A DNA stretch of 64,000 nucleotides, from positions 24,302 to 88,301 of the forward strand of contig JAZBNV010000137.1 in NCBI GenBank assembly GCA_036350795.1, in the 5' to 3' direction. Below, piece after piece: positions 1 through 8,766 of this stretch (position 1 is the stretch's first letter; each line of letters begins with the position of its first letter). The stretch is from Marinilabiliaceae bacterium. GTDB taxonomy: Bacteria > Bacteroidota > Bacteroidia > Bacteroidales > VadinHA17. Position numbers and translations under genes: made by a program. The notes beneath the pieces were generated by a model, which saw only the letters and a list, made by a program, of their open reading frames with translations, searched no databases and was not told where the DNA came from.

Positions 1-1794
1 CCTGTTATGGTAAGTCCGCACAACCATAAAACCCTCTACTTTGCTGCCAACAAGCTCTTTAAAAGTACTGATATGGGCGATACGTGGGAAGTTATAAGCG
101 GGGAGCTTGATCGTAATATCGATCGCAACCTCTGGCCTGTGATGGGAAAGGTGTGGCCAATGGATGCAGTGGCAAAGAACGGCTCAACATCAAGATACGG
201 GGCAGCGGTATCACTCGACGAGTCGCGGCTGAAAGCAGGCCTGATTTATGTTGGTACTGACGACGGCCAGATTAATATTACCGAAGATGACGGTAAAACC
301 TGGAGACAGGTAAACAGCTTTCCGGGAGTGCCTGAATATACCTATGTGTATGATCTTGTGACCGATAAGCACGATGTAAATGTTGTATATGCTGCCTTTA
401 ATAATCATAAGTCGGGCGACTTCACCCCCTATGTATATAAGAGCTCTGACAAGGGTGCCACCTGGACCAGCATTTCGGGCGACCTGCCGGAAGGTGCAGT
501 ATATGCCCTTTGCCAGGATCACGTAAAAGCCGATATTCTTTTTGCAGGAACCGAGTACGGTGTTTTTGTTACATTAAACGGTGGCAAAAACTGGAAAAGA
601 CTAAAGGCAGGCCTGCCAACCATAAATATAAGGGATATGGCTATCCAGGAAAGGGAGAACGACCTGGTGCTTGCAAGCTTTGGAAGGGGTTTTTATGTGC
701 TCGATAATTATGCCCCACTGCGTGAGCTTGTCCCTGAAAATATCGAAAAAGAAGCTTACCTCTTTGGTATAAAAGATGCCTTCCTCTATAATACATGGAG
801 ACCACTTGGCGGACTGGGAACAAAGGAAAAAGGATTCCAGGGTCAGGATTATTTCAGTGTGCCAAACCCTGAAAACGGAGTTGTTTTTACCTACTGGATA
901 AAGGATGGAGTTAGCACACTCAAATCTGAAAGACAGAAAAGAGAGCAGGAAGCATTTAAGAAAGGACAGGCCATTCCATATCCCACTATTGAAGAATACA
1001 AGGCTGAAAAAGATGAACTCCCATCCTACCTGGTCTTCTCGATTTGCGATGAGAACGGTAAAACTATAAGAGAATTAAGGACGCCCCTGCAAAAAGGACT
1101 GAACCAGCTTAGCTGGGATATGACCTATCCTGCCGACCTCAGCGTAAGAAGTGCAGATGCAACACCCACAAGGGGTCTTCCCTCATCCAATGTTTTTGTT
1201 CTGCCCGGCAAATACCAGGTATCCTTGTCAAAAAATGTTAAGGGAACGATAAGCGAACTGGCTGGCCCGCTTGAGTTTGTGATTAAGGAACTTAATAACA
1301 GAACGATACCGGCTGAAAACAGGGAGGAGATGGTTAATTTTAAACTCAAGGTTCTGAAACTTGACAATGCAATACGTGCTGTCGGAGCTGCCATAAGCGA
1401 TATGGAAGAGAAGATACCTGCATATAAAGCTGCAGCAAAATTCTCTAATGCCGCTACTGAAAAGGACCTGCTTGAAGGAATTAATATTCTTGAAGAAAAA
1501 CTTAAGGAAATCCAGTTTACACTGAATGGCGACAGGGATTATGCTGCCCTTGACCTTGATGCAGATTATAGCCTGCGCTCACGTGCCAGGAATGCCGCTT
1601 TTGATAACATGGGAGCAACTACTAATATAACTGCTACCTCGAAACGCAACTATGAGATTGCAGCCGAAGAATTTGCCCCTGTGCTTGAAAAAGTCAAAGC
1701 CCTGCAGGAAGAATTTGATTCTATGGATAAGAGATTGTCAGATCTTGGAGCGCCCCTTACACCGGGCAGACTTCCCGACTGGAAGAAAGAATAG
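1..1794 (+). CDS. BNR/Asp-box repeat beta-propeller protein (sortilin/VPS10-like), C-terminal part; 5' end outside window
   Basis: The frame is open from nt 1 (CCT GTT precede the listed Met at 7). Four Asp-box motifs are present (STDMGDTW, TEDDGKTW, SSDKGATW, LNGGKNW). Long ORF with no competing frame. Confidence 0.7.
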   Translation, partial: PVMVSPHNHKTLYFAANKLFKSTDMGDTWEVISGELDRNIDRNLWPVMGKVWPMDAVAKNGSTSRYGAAVSLDESRLKAGLIYVGTDDGQINITEDDGKTWRQVNSFPGVPEYTYVYDLVTDKHDVNVVYAAFNNHKSGDFTPYVYKSSDKGATWTSISGDLPEGAVYALCQDHVKADILFAGTEYGVFVTLNGGKNWKRLKAGLPTINIRDMAIQERENDLVLASFGRGFYVLDNYAPLRELVPENIEKEAYLFGIKDAFLYNTWRPLGGLGTKEKGFQGQDYFSVPNPENGVVFTYWIKDGVSTLKSERQKREQEAFKKGQAIPYPTIEEYKAEKDELPSYLVFSICDENGKTIRELRTPLQKGLNQLSWDMTYPADLSVRSADATPTRGLPSSNVFVLPGKYQVSLSKNVKGTISELAGPLEFVIKELNNRTIPAENREEMVNFKLKVLKLDNAIRAVGAAISDMEEKIPAYKAAAKFSNAATEKDLLEGINILEEKLKEIQFTLNGDRDYAALDLDADYSLRSRARNAAFDNMGATTNITATSKRNYEIAAEEFAPVLEKVKALQEEFDSMDKRLSDLGAPLTPGRLPDWKKE

Positions 1795-1796
1795 TA

Positions 1797-2675
1797 TTAA
1801 CGCTCTCCGGGTTTTCGCCATTCATCCTGGCCAAAGGTGTCGGTAAGAATGGTCAGAATCTCATTTGCGGTGGATTCGATTGGTTTATTTGTAATATTAA
1901 AAACCTTGAATCCGCCGCGTTTGAATATGCGGTTGGCATATTCAAGCTCATCCCTTACACTCCTGGGTGTAATATAATCATCATCGGGTCTCAAACCCAG
2001 TTGCTTAACCCTGTTTGTACGCTGCGCAATAAGGTAATGGGGTGTTGTGGTAAGCCCGAAAACACGGTTACTGTCAACAATAAATAACTCCGGGGGAGGT
2101 TCAATACCCGGTACAAGAGGTACATTGGCTACCTTCCATCCAAACATACCCATATAGATGCTGAGAGGGGTTTTGCCGGTACGCGACACCCCTGCAAGCA
2201 CTATATCAGCCTTTGATATCTTCTCAACATTTAAGCCGTCGTCGTGCTTCATGGTAAACTCTATTGCCTCCACCCTTGAAAAATATTCAATATTCCTGAG
2301 CCTGTACAAACCTGGCTTACTTATAGGTTCTTTTTGAAGCAGGGCCGAAATATGATCCGACAGGTCTCCAACAAGGTCAAAGTGCTTAACTCCGTACGAT
2401 TCGCACACTGACAGCAGTATCTCCCTCATAAGCGGATCGACCATGGTATGCACAATAACTCCGCACGACTCCTTTGCCCTTATTACCGTATCCTTGACTT
2501 TATCCATCGAGTCAACATTTGGCACAACAATAAGGGGAATACGGTTATCAGGGAACTGGATCAGCACAGACTGAACCAGGGTATTTGCAGCCATTCCTTT
2601 GCCCCCCGACACAACATAAATGGGGGCAATATTGTCAGAACAATCAGAATCAGCTTTATTTTCAATAGATACCAT
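1797..2675 (-). CDS. kinase/pyrophosphorylase of the PEP synthase / pyruvate-phosphate dikinase regulatory protein family (DUF299)
   Basis: 292 aa with a central P-loop GVSRTGKTPLS. Length and layout are typical of PpsR/PDRP proteins. Confidence 0.75.
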   Translation of the reverse strand: MVSIENKADSDCSDNIAPIYVVSGGKGMAANTLVQSVLIQFPDNRIPLIVVPNVDSMDKVKDTVIRAKESCGVIVHTMVDPLMREILLSVCESYGVKHFDLVGDLSDHISALLQKEPISKPGLYRLRNIEYFSRVEAIEFTMKHDDGLNVEKISKADIVLAGVSRTGKTPLSIYMGMFGWKVANVPLVPGIEPPPELFIVDSNRVFGLTTTPHYLIAQRTNRVKQLGLRPDDDYITPRSVRDELEYANRIFKRGGFKVFNITNKPIESTANEILTILTDTFGQDEWRKPGER

Positions 2676-2919
2676 CAGCGGCTAACTTTAGGGTTTAAAG
2701 ACCATAATATAGTGAAATAATACAAATATAATCAGGATCACCATTTCTGCCACCAGAAGTGCAGATGTAAGAATACTCATTTGTGAGTATTTCAATCACC
2801 ATAATTTAGCAATACATTGTCCATGCTTAGGTATTAGTTCTAACCGAAACGAACCATTCTTAAGAGCAGGGTATGAAACCGGGTACTTTCCCGGACCTTC
2901 TATCCCAACCGGCAAATTG

Positions 2920-2956
2920 CAGCCATCACCCTCCGGTGGTGGCTGTTTTTTATTTT
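2920..2956 (+). terminator. intrinsic-terminator-like hairpin plus T-run, oriented for the plus strand
   Basis: 11-bp stem CAGCCATCACC / GGTGGTGGCTG (2920-2930 / 2935-2945) with loop CTCC, followed by TTTTTTATTTT. The one imperfect position is G-U in plus-strand RNA but A-C in minus-strand RNA. It may also serve the minus-strand regulator gene that stops at 2950. Confidence 0.45.
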
Positions 2957-3534
2957 AGTAAGGGATATTTAAGGTGAATTTCGGTTGTTGATCTTAATCC
3001 CAGTTTTTTTAAAATCCTGCGCCTGTGGGTATCTACTGTGTTTTTTGAAATACTAAGTGCCTGCGCAATCTCCCTGCTGGTTTTTCCTTCCCGTAAGCGG
3101 TCAAAAATCTCTGCTTCCCTTTCAGTAAGATCTGCAGCCTGGCAGATAATACTATCTGTATTTAACTGGTAATTAGCGATATACTTTTTTATTGTCAGGC
3201 TGAGCTCATCGGGATCGACAGGTTTTAAGAGGTAATCAAGTACAGATTCCTTTATTGCTTTAATAGCGTAGTTATTATACCCGGTTACCAGTACAATTGC
3301 CGGACAGAAATTTTCCTGCCTGATACTGTCCAGTATCTCAAATCCCCCCTTAACAGGCATTTCAACATCAAGGAAGAGCAGATCAGGACGCTTACTCTTT
3401 ATCTGGTGAACAGCCTGCTGCGGATCGGTCTCCGACCCCGTTATCCTTACTTCCGGGTGCTTCCCAAGTAAATATTCAAGTCTGAGCAGAGCATCAGGAT
3501 CGTCGTCTAACAGAAAAGCTTTTATTTCTTTCAT
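2950..3534 (-). CDS. response regulator, REC + LuxR/NarL-type HTH
   Basis: Receiver signature DDDPD...DLLFLDVEMP. C-terminal LuxR HTH (LTEREAEIFDRLREGKTSREIAQALSISKNTVDTHRRRILKKLG). 4-nt overlap with the upstream kinase gene. Confidence 0.9.
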   Translation of the reverse strand: MKEIKAFLLDDDPDALLRLEYLLGKHPEVRITGSETDPQQAVHQIKSKRPDLLFLDVEMPVKGGFEILDSIRQENFCPAIVLVTGYNNYAIKAIKESVLDYLLKPVDPDELSLTIKKYIANYQLNTDSIICQAADLTEREAEIFDRLREGKTSREIAQALSISKNTVDTHRRRILKKLGLRSTTEIHLKYPLLK

Positions 3535-5591
3535 AGCTCAATATCTATTTGAACAAGTGTACCCGTAGAATTTTGTTCCCCTGTTTCAGAAAGATCCGAG
3601 AGGGTGTAGCTTATCTTTTTCCTGTATATAAGATTATATGCTCCAAAGATCTCCGATACCAGCCTTGTTCCTTTCCCTTCACGATCAGTTGATTTACTGC
3701 TTTTACAGCCTATACCATTATCCCGAATAGTAATCCTTGCCATTCCGTTTACACACTCTGCCTCAAGCATGATATTCATTTTACTCTTATTCGCGGGAAA
3801 AGCGTGTTTTATTGAATTCTCAACAAAGGTATGTACACTCAATGAAGGGATCATTATTGAAGAACATTCGTCCTGTATTTCAATAAGGTAATCAAGCCTG
3901 TCGCCATATCTTACCTTCTGAAGTTCAAGGTAGCTCTGCACAAATCTTACTTCCTCACTCAGTTTAACAATTATCCTGTCGGATGAATCCACAACTTCTC
4001 TTATCATTCTGCTGAAACTTGTCAGGAAGCTGTCTGCCCTGGCAGTATCACCTTTTATATACATCGACGATATTGAGTTAAGAGCATTAAAAATGAAATG
4101 AGGACTCATCTGGCTTTTTACTGATTGAAGCTGGAGAGTCTTTATCTGGGATTCAATCTTCCTTTTTTTCTCTTCCTGCCGGTGTTGCATAAGCTGGATA
4201 AGCCAGATAAATGCAAATAAGAGAATATAAATAACAAGGGCATAAATAAATATATAAGACCTGCCGGGATTCTTCTGAAAGGTGATATTGTAATCGAAAT
4301 TTGCTGTCCTGAGATGGAAACCTGTTTTATTGCTGCCTGTTGAAGTGATTACAGGCTGAACCTGGAAACCCTCGGTATCGTTAAGAGGCAGGCTTGCAGA
4401 TAACTTTAAACCCGGACTTAATATATTCAGGACTCCTTCCGGTGAAAGAAACATCACATAGTCCTTCCCATCTGCAAGCTTCACCGGGCCATACAATATA
4501 CCTTTTACCGTACTCCTTTCAATTCTCTTAAGGAGCTTAAGCTTTTCATCGAAAATCAGTGCCGTTCCGAAAGTATCGAAACAGTAAATCCTGCCTGAAT
4601 AAAAGTAGCTTAAGAGGTATCCCGAAAAATTAACTTCATTTAAGGGGAAGTTGTAAAGCATGTCACCGCTTAGCGACATTATAGCCAGCTCCCTTCCCAG
4701 TGTATCATTACTTGTGCTGATCTGCCGGCTTACAAAGAGTTTTTTATCTTCACTGCTTCCAATCGTCCTGATATCCACAACCGATGTATATCCTCTGAAT
4801 TCGTAAGGCTCAAAAAGATAGTTAAGGTCTTTGTCGTAGATCATTACCCAGGCACTGGAATCATTATAAGGCACAGGGGACTTAAAATTGCCTACGGCGT
4901 TACTCTGACCCCATATCTCCAAAAATCCATCGCCTGTAAGATCATCCGACCTGAGGTAATAACGTGGACTTACACCAGCAGTATCAGAATGGATAAGCAA
5001 ATCGTTCTTAAGATCGTAGCGGAAAAGAGCCCTGGGATAAAGGGTAAAGCCTGCAGCAATAGAAAAATACAATTCCTTATATCCATCATCATTCACATCC
5101 TGCATTACTGTTCCGGTAATGGCATACCAGGCTTCTCCATCCAGTGTTCTGCAACCTTCAATATACTTTGTAAGTGTAAGCGGGTTCTTACTGTTATAAA
5201 CATTTAAAACATTTAAAAACAGTGAATCCTCCATATAGGTAAAAATATATAACTCCGACAGGCTGTCGTTATCATAATCACCATAAAGGATATCCGATCT
5301 TTTAACATACCTGCCCCTGATATTATATTGATCTATAATATTATCATTATGATCATAAACTATAATCCCGGTTCGGCCCAATGATTTTACAGAAAGTGAA
5401 ATTCTTTCCGATTTTCCATCGCTGTTCAGGTCAGTAAACCTGGTTCTCTTGTCCCATTCAAAGGGAAAGCTTTTTTCGACAGTGGCTAAATAGGGCTGTT
5501 GCAGTTTAAAAAGTAAAAGAGACAGTACCAGGGTCAGTCCTAATGAAATAAAAATTCTTAAAAGCAGGTTGGTTCGGCCCTTCATCAGCAT
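3531..5591 (-). CDS. sensor histidine kinase, LytS/YehU-type (His_kinase + HATPase_c) with FG-GAP-like extracytoplasmic repeats
   Basis: N-terminal TM segment and four DxNxDGxxE-like repeats (DLNSDGKSE, DYDNDSLSE, DVNDDGYKE, DLTGDGFLE). Second TM segment (YIFIYALVIYILLFAFIWLIQL). H-box region SPHFIFNALNSISSM. ATPase motifs ENSIKHAF and DNGIG. Confidence 0.85.
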   Translation of the reverse strand: MLMKGRTNLLLRIFISLGLTLVLSLLLFKLQQPYLATVEKSFPFEWDKRTRFTDLNSDGKSERISLSVKSLGRTGIIVYDHNDNIIDQYNIRGRYVKRSDILYGDYDNDSLSELYIFTYMEDSLFLNVLNVYNSKNPLTLTKYIEGCRTLDGEAWYAITGTVMQDVNDDGYKELYFSIAAGFTLYPRALFRYDLKNDLLIHSDTAGVSPRYYLRSDDLTGDGFLEIWGQSNAVGNFKSPVPYNDSSAWVMIYDKDLNYLFEPYEFRGYTSVVDIRTIGSSEDKKLFVSRQISTSNDTLGRELAIMSLSGDMLYNFPLNEVNFSGYLLSYFYSGRIYCFDTFGTALIFDEKLKLLKRIERSTVKGILYGPVKLADGKDYVMFLSPEGVLNILSPGLKLSASLPLNDTEGFQVQPVITSTGSNKTGFHLRTANFDYNITFQKNPGRSYIFIYALVIYILLFAFIWLIQLMQHRQEEKKRKIESQIKTLQLQSVKSQMSPHFIFNALNSISSMYIKGDTARADSFLTSFSRMIREVVDSSDRIIVKLSEEVRFVQSYLELQKVRYGDRLDYLIEIQDECSSIMIPSLSVHTFVENSIKHAFPANKSKMNIMLEAECVNGMARITIRDNGIGCKSSKSTDREGKGTRLVSEIFGAYNLIYRKKISYTLSDLSETGEQNSTGTLVQIDIEL

Positions 5592-5789
5592 TAGTTGGTT
5601 AACAGACTTCTAAATTTAAATATTTCAAAGCACATTCCATTAATAAAAGGATTGTTTATTGATCATAAGAGCAAAAAAAGCATTATTCATTTATTGATTT
5701 AAAATACCTTTAGCTTTAGGTGCCTTATTACACAGCGATAATTTTATTGCTTAACTTTATCCTTTTAGTGAAAATATAAAACACAGCAT

Positions 5790-6410
5790 ATGAAACTATC
5801 TTTCTTTAAAAGACTGAAAAACTTCCTCAAAACAACTCTGCTTGGGGGATTTGCCGCCATACTTCCCATGGCATTAATATTTATCTTCTTCAGATGGATC
5901 TTTAACATTATAAAAAGATATCTTGAGCCAATTGTAAACCTTGTAGAAGTAGACACGGATATTCAGCTTGCAATTCTCTATGTGGTTGTATTTGCTGCAG
6001 TGCTTGGATTATTTTTCTTTATAGGCCTGGTTATCCGTACCCGTATGGGCAGGTTCTTTAACGAAGTACTTGAGGAAAAATATCTTCTGAAAATCCCGGG
6101 CTATAAGATTGCGAGGGATACTGTTATGCAGTTCTTTGGGAAAAACAGGTCTTTCTTCTCCGAGGTTGTGCTGGTTGATATCTTCAACTCAGGCACACTT
6201 ATGACAGGATTTATTACCGACGATCACGAGGGAAGTGACTTTGTAACTGTTTTTGTGCCAACAGGTCCCAATCCAACCTCGGGAAATATTTACCATGTAA
6301 GCCGGAATAAGGTATTCAGGACAAACGCTGCAGTGGACAGTGGTATGAAGTCGATAATAAGCTGCGGAGCAGGATCAAGTGAGATCTTTGATTTAAAGAT
6401 TATAGATTAA
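5790..6410 (+). CDS. DUF502-family membrane protein
   Basis: 206 aa with two N-terminal TM helices. The overall pattern is recalled as DUF502; recognised by family resemblance only. Confidence 0.55.
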   Translation: MKLSFFKRLKNFLKTTLLGGFAAILPMALIFIFFRWIFNIIKRYLEPIVNLVEVDTDIQLAILYVVVFAAVLGLFFFIGLVIRTRMGRFFNEVLEEKYLLKIPGYKIARDTVMQFFGKNRSFFSEVVLVDIFNSGTLMTGFITDDHEGSDFVTVFVPTGPNPTSGNIYHVSRNKVFRTNAAVDSGMKSIISCGAGSSEIFDLKIID

Positions 6411-8542
6411 TAATTAATGCTTATTTCATCTATAAATAACCATGCTTTGTCACCCGCACCAGGATGCCAGTCGGGACAGACACCTATGTTCCCGGCCCTG
6501 ATCTTTAAATACCTTACATTGTCCTGTTCTATATCGAGCGACACTTCAATTCGTCCCTGCATAACAACTTCCCGGCTGTTTTTAAATGGATTCTTTAATA
6601 TGCTTGCAGATATATAATTTTTACCATCAGCAGAATATAATACTTCAATTTCATCTGGCAGGAATATCCATGATCCGGTATTGGCCAGGAAACCCATGCT
6701 GACACTTTTAAGCCATTTTTTCTTCGACAGTTCTATTGTTGCCACAAAATCATCACCTTCAAATCCAAGCCACCTGCCGTCGGTAAACTGGTCAGAGCCG
6801 GATAAGCCATCTGCAAGCCCCAGGACACCTCCTCCATGATATCTCGGACTGTAAGGATATTCAAGGCTGATTTTAATACTTCCTGCATCATGCCCGGCCA
6901 GTTTTGCGCTCTCAATGGATTCAGATCCAACAGAGTTCAGAAATGTTCTGGCCTTAATATCTACAGGACCCTTTACCATAAAAGGTTTCTGGTAAATCCT
7001 GGAATTAATAAGCGGATCTGAGCCATCGAGAGTGTACCTGATAACAGCCGACTTATCATTGCAACTCATGCTAATCCTGTAAGTATTCTTCTTTCCGCTT
7101 ACCTCGGCCTTAATAGTCAGGGGAATAGTATTTATAATCCAGTCATCTGTTCTGAAGGGTGAGGCAGGCAGTCCGGCTGTATTAAAAAGATTTGGCTCGT
7201 CAGTATTCCCAAAACCAAAACGCACAGCAACAGGTTCACTTACTTCAGGACTGCTCAGTACTATCTTATTATCTTCGATAAGTGCATCAGCACTGTAAAA
7301 GATCCTGTCACTGCCTGCAATAAGGAAATTACCTGGTTTTTCACCTTTTACTACAAGCCCGTACCCGGCATAATCAAAGGATATTATTGCTCTGGCTCCA
7401 CTTATTTCCAATGATTTAAATATTGGCCCTGAATATTCAAGGTAATCCTGTCCGTATGTTTTCGCAAGAGCAATCAGAGCCAGTCTGCGACCAACTTCCT
7501 GTTTATTGACAGGATGTATGTCATCAGGATTGCCAATATCAGTAATTACCGCCATTCCTGTATTAGGAACTGACAGAGTCATTAGCTGCGCTTCCCTGAG
7601 CAGGGCTCCGCTGAGTGCTTCATTATACCTGTAAGGTGCAATCTGAACGTAGTAGAAAGGGAATTCACCCTGCTTAAACTTTGTTCGCCAGTCAGTTATC
7701 ATTGCCGGGAATAATTTCCTGTAATGATATGCATCATTCCTGTTAGCCTCGCCCTGGTACCAGATAACACCCCTGATTGAAAAATCCAGGAGGGGATTAA
7801 TCATTGCATTGAACAGGTGAGAAGATCTGCCCTGTTCACTCCTGCCCGATGTATTTTCGTAGCTGTAAAAAGAAAGATCCGGGTTTTCTTCAAGTGTCTC
7901 AGTGCTGGTCCAGGCTTCTGCAGGAGTACCTCCCCAGCTCGATGAAATAAGGCCAACCGGTACATCAAGGCTTTTAAATAATTCTGTTCCATAAAACCAT
8001 GCCAGGGCGCTGAAATCTTCAACGATATCCTTGCCTGGCAGGTCCCATTTACCTTTGCAATCATAGAGAGGATCGGGGGATGCCTTCTTTTCCAGCTCAA
8101 ACAACCTGATCTGCGAATAGTCGTTATTAATAATGTCTTTAAGTGTATTCGTAAAGTAAGTATTCGACCAGCCTCCAAACATTTTAAATGTATATTCCAT
8201 ATTCGATTGTCCCGAGCACAGCCATACCTCACCAAAAAGAATATTGCTGAGGATAATCTTATTTTTTGCTTCTATAGTTATACTGTGAGGTCCGCCTGCC
8301 TCGCCTGTAGGTAATAATAAGAGCCATCTGCCATCATCGCCGGCAGTAACTGAAAATGCCTTATCAATCCAGTCGGTGGTAACTTTAATTTTCTCACCCG
8401 GCGAAGCCCAACCCCAGATTTTCACCTCAGCGTTGCGCTGGAGCACCATATTATCAGAAACGAGTGCAGGCAGTCTTACCTGCCCAAAGGAAAGCTGTGA
8501 CAGTGCAAGAAGAAGAAGAATGTAGTATACCCTGTTTTTCAT
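6407..8542 (-). CDS. sialate O-acetylesterase (SASA/SGNH-like) with C-terminal carbohydrate-binding-type domains
   Basis: Signal peptide (MKNRVYYILLLLALSQLSFGQ) and the catalytic block CSGQSNMEY. The C-terminal part resembles chitobiase-C (RYTLDGSDP) and discoidin/F5-8-type modules. Confidence 0.75.
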   Translation of the reverse strand: MKNRVYYILLLLALSQLSFGQVRLPALVSDNMVLQRNAEVKIWGWASPGEKIKVTTDWIDKAFSVTAGDDGRWLLLLPTGEAGGPHSITIEAKNKIILSNILFGEVWLCSGQSNMEYTFKMFGGWSNTYFTNTLKDIINNDYSQIRLFELEKKASPDPLYDCKGKWDLPGKDIVEDFSALAWFYGTELFKSLDVPVGLISSSWGGTPAEAWTSTETLEENPDLSFYSYENTSGRSEQGRSSHLFNAMINPLLDFSIRGVIWYQGEANRNDAYHYRKLFPAMITDWRTKFKQGEFPFYYVQIAPYRYNEALSGALLREAQLMTLSVPNTGMAVITDIGNPDDIHPVNKQEVGRRLALIALAKTYGQDYLEYSGPIFKSLEISGARAIISFDYAGYGLVVKGEKPGNFLIAGSDRIFYSADALIEDNKIVLSSPEVSEPVAVRFGFGNTDEPNLFNTAGLPASPFRTDDWIINTIPLTIKAEVSGKKNTYRISMSCNDKSAVIRYTLDGSDPLINSRIYQKPFMVKGPVDIKARTFLNSVGSESIESAKLAGHDAGSIKISLEYPYSPRYHGGGVLGLADGLSGSDQFTDGRWLGFEGDDFVATIELSKKKWLKSVSMGFLANTGSWIFLPDEIEVLYSADGKNYISASILKNPFKNSREVVMQGRIEVSLDIEQDNVRYLKIRAGNIGVCPDWHPGAGDKAWLFIDEISINY

Positions 8543-8766
8543 AGATTTAAAATTTTGTAAGATATGCCAGGAATTTAATTGAAATTCTGAGAACGAGTGG
8601 ATGCACTTCGCTCTCGCCTAATCTTATAATCTGGTCAGTTATAAAAGTAGATATAAATAAGCAGTCTGTGAAAAAAAGTTAAAAAGCACTGCATCATATT
8701 ATAAATCTGGCCTCTTTCTCATATTTATTTCATAATATGTAACATTAATCATTTATTCAGGCACAC

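Noticed and set aside
2780-2950. Possible SRP (4.5S) RNA or other housekeeping ncRNA
   Set aside because: The minus strand contains AGAAGGTCCGGGAAAG. That only loosely resembles the conserved SRP domain IV motif (GGUCCGGAAGGAAGCAGCC), and the surrounding helices do not fit. No tRNA cloverleaf is present. I left it as an unclassified sRNA candidate.
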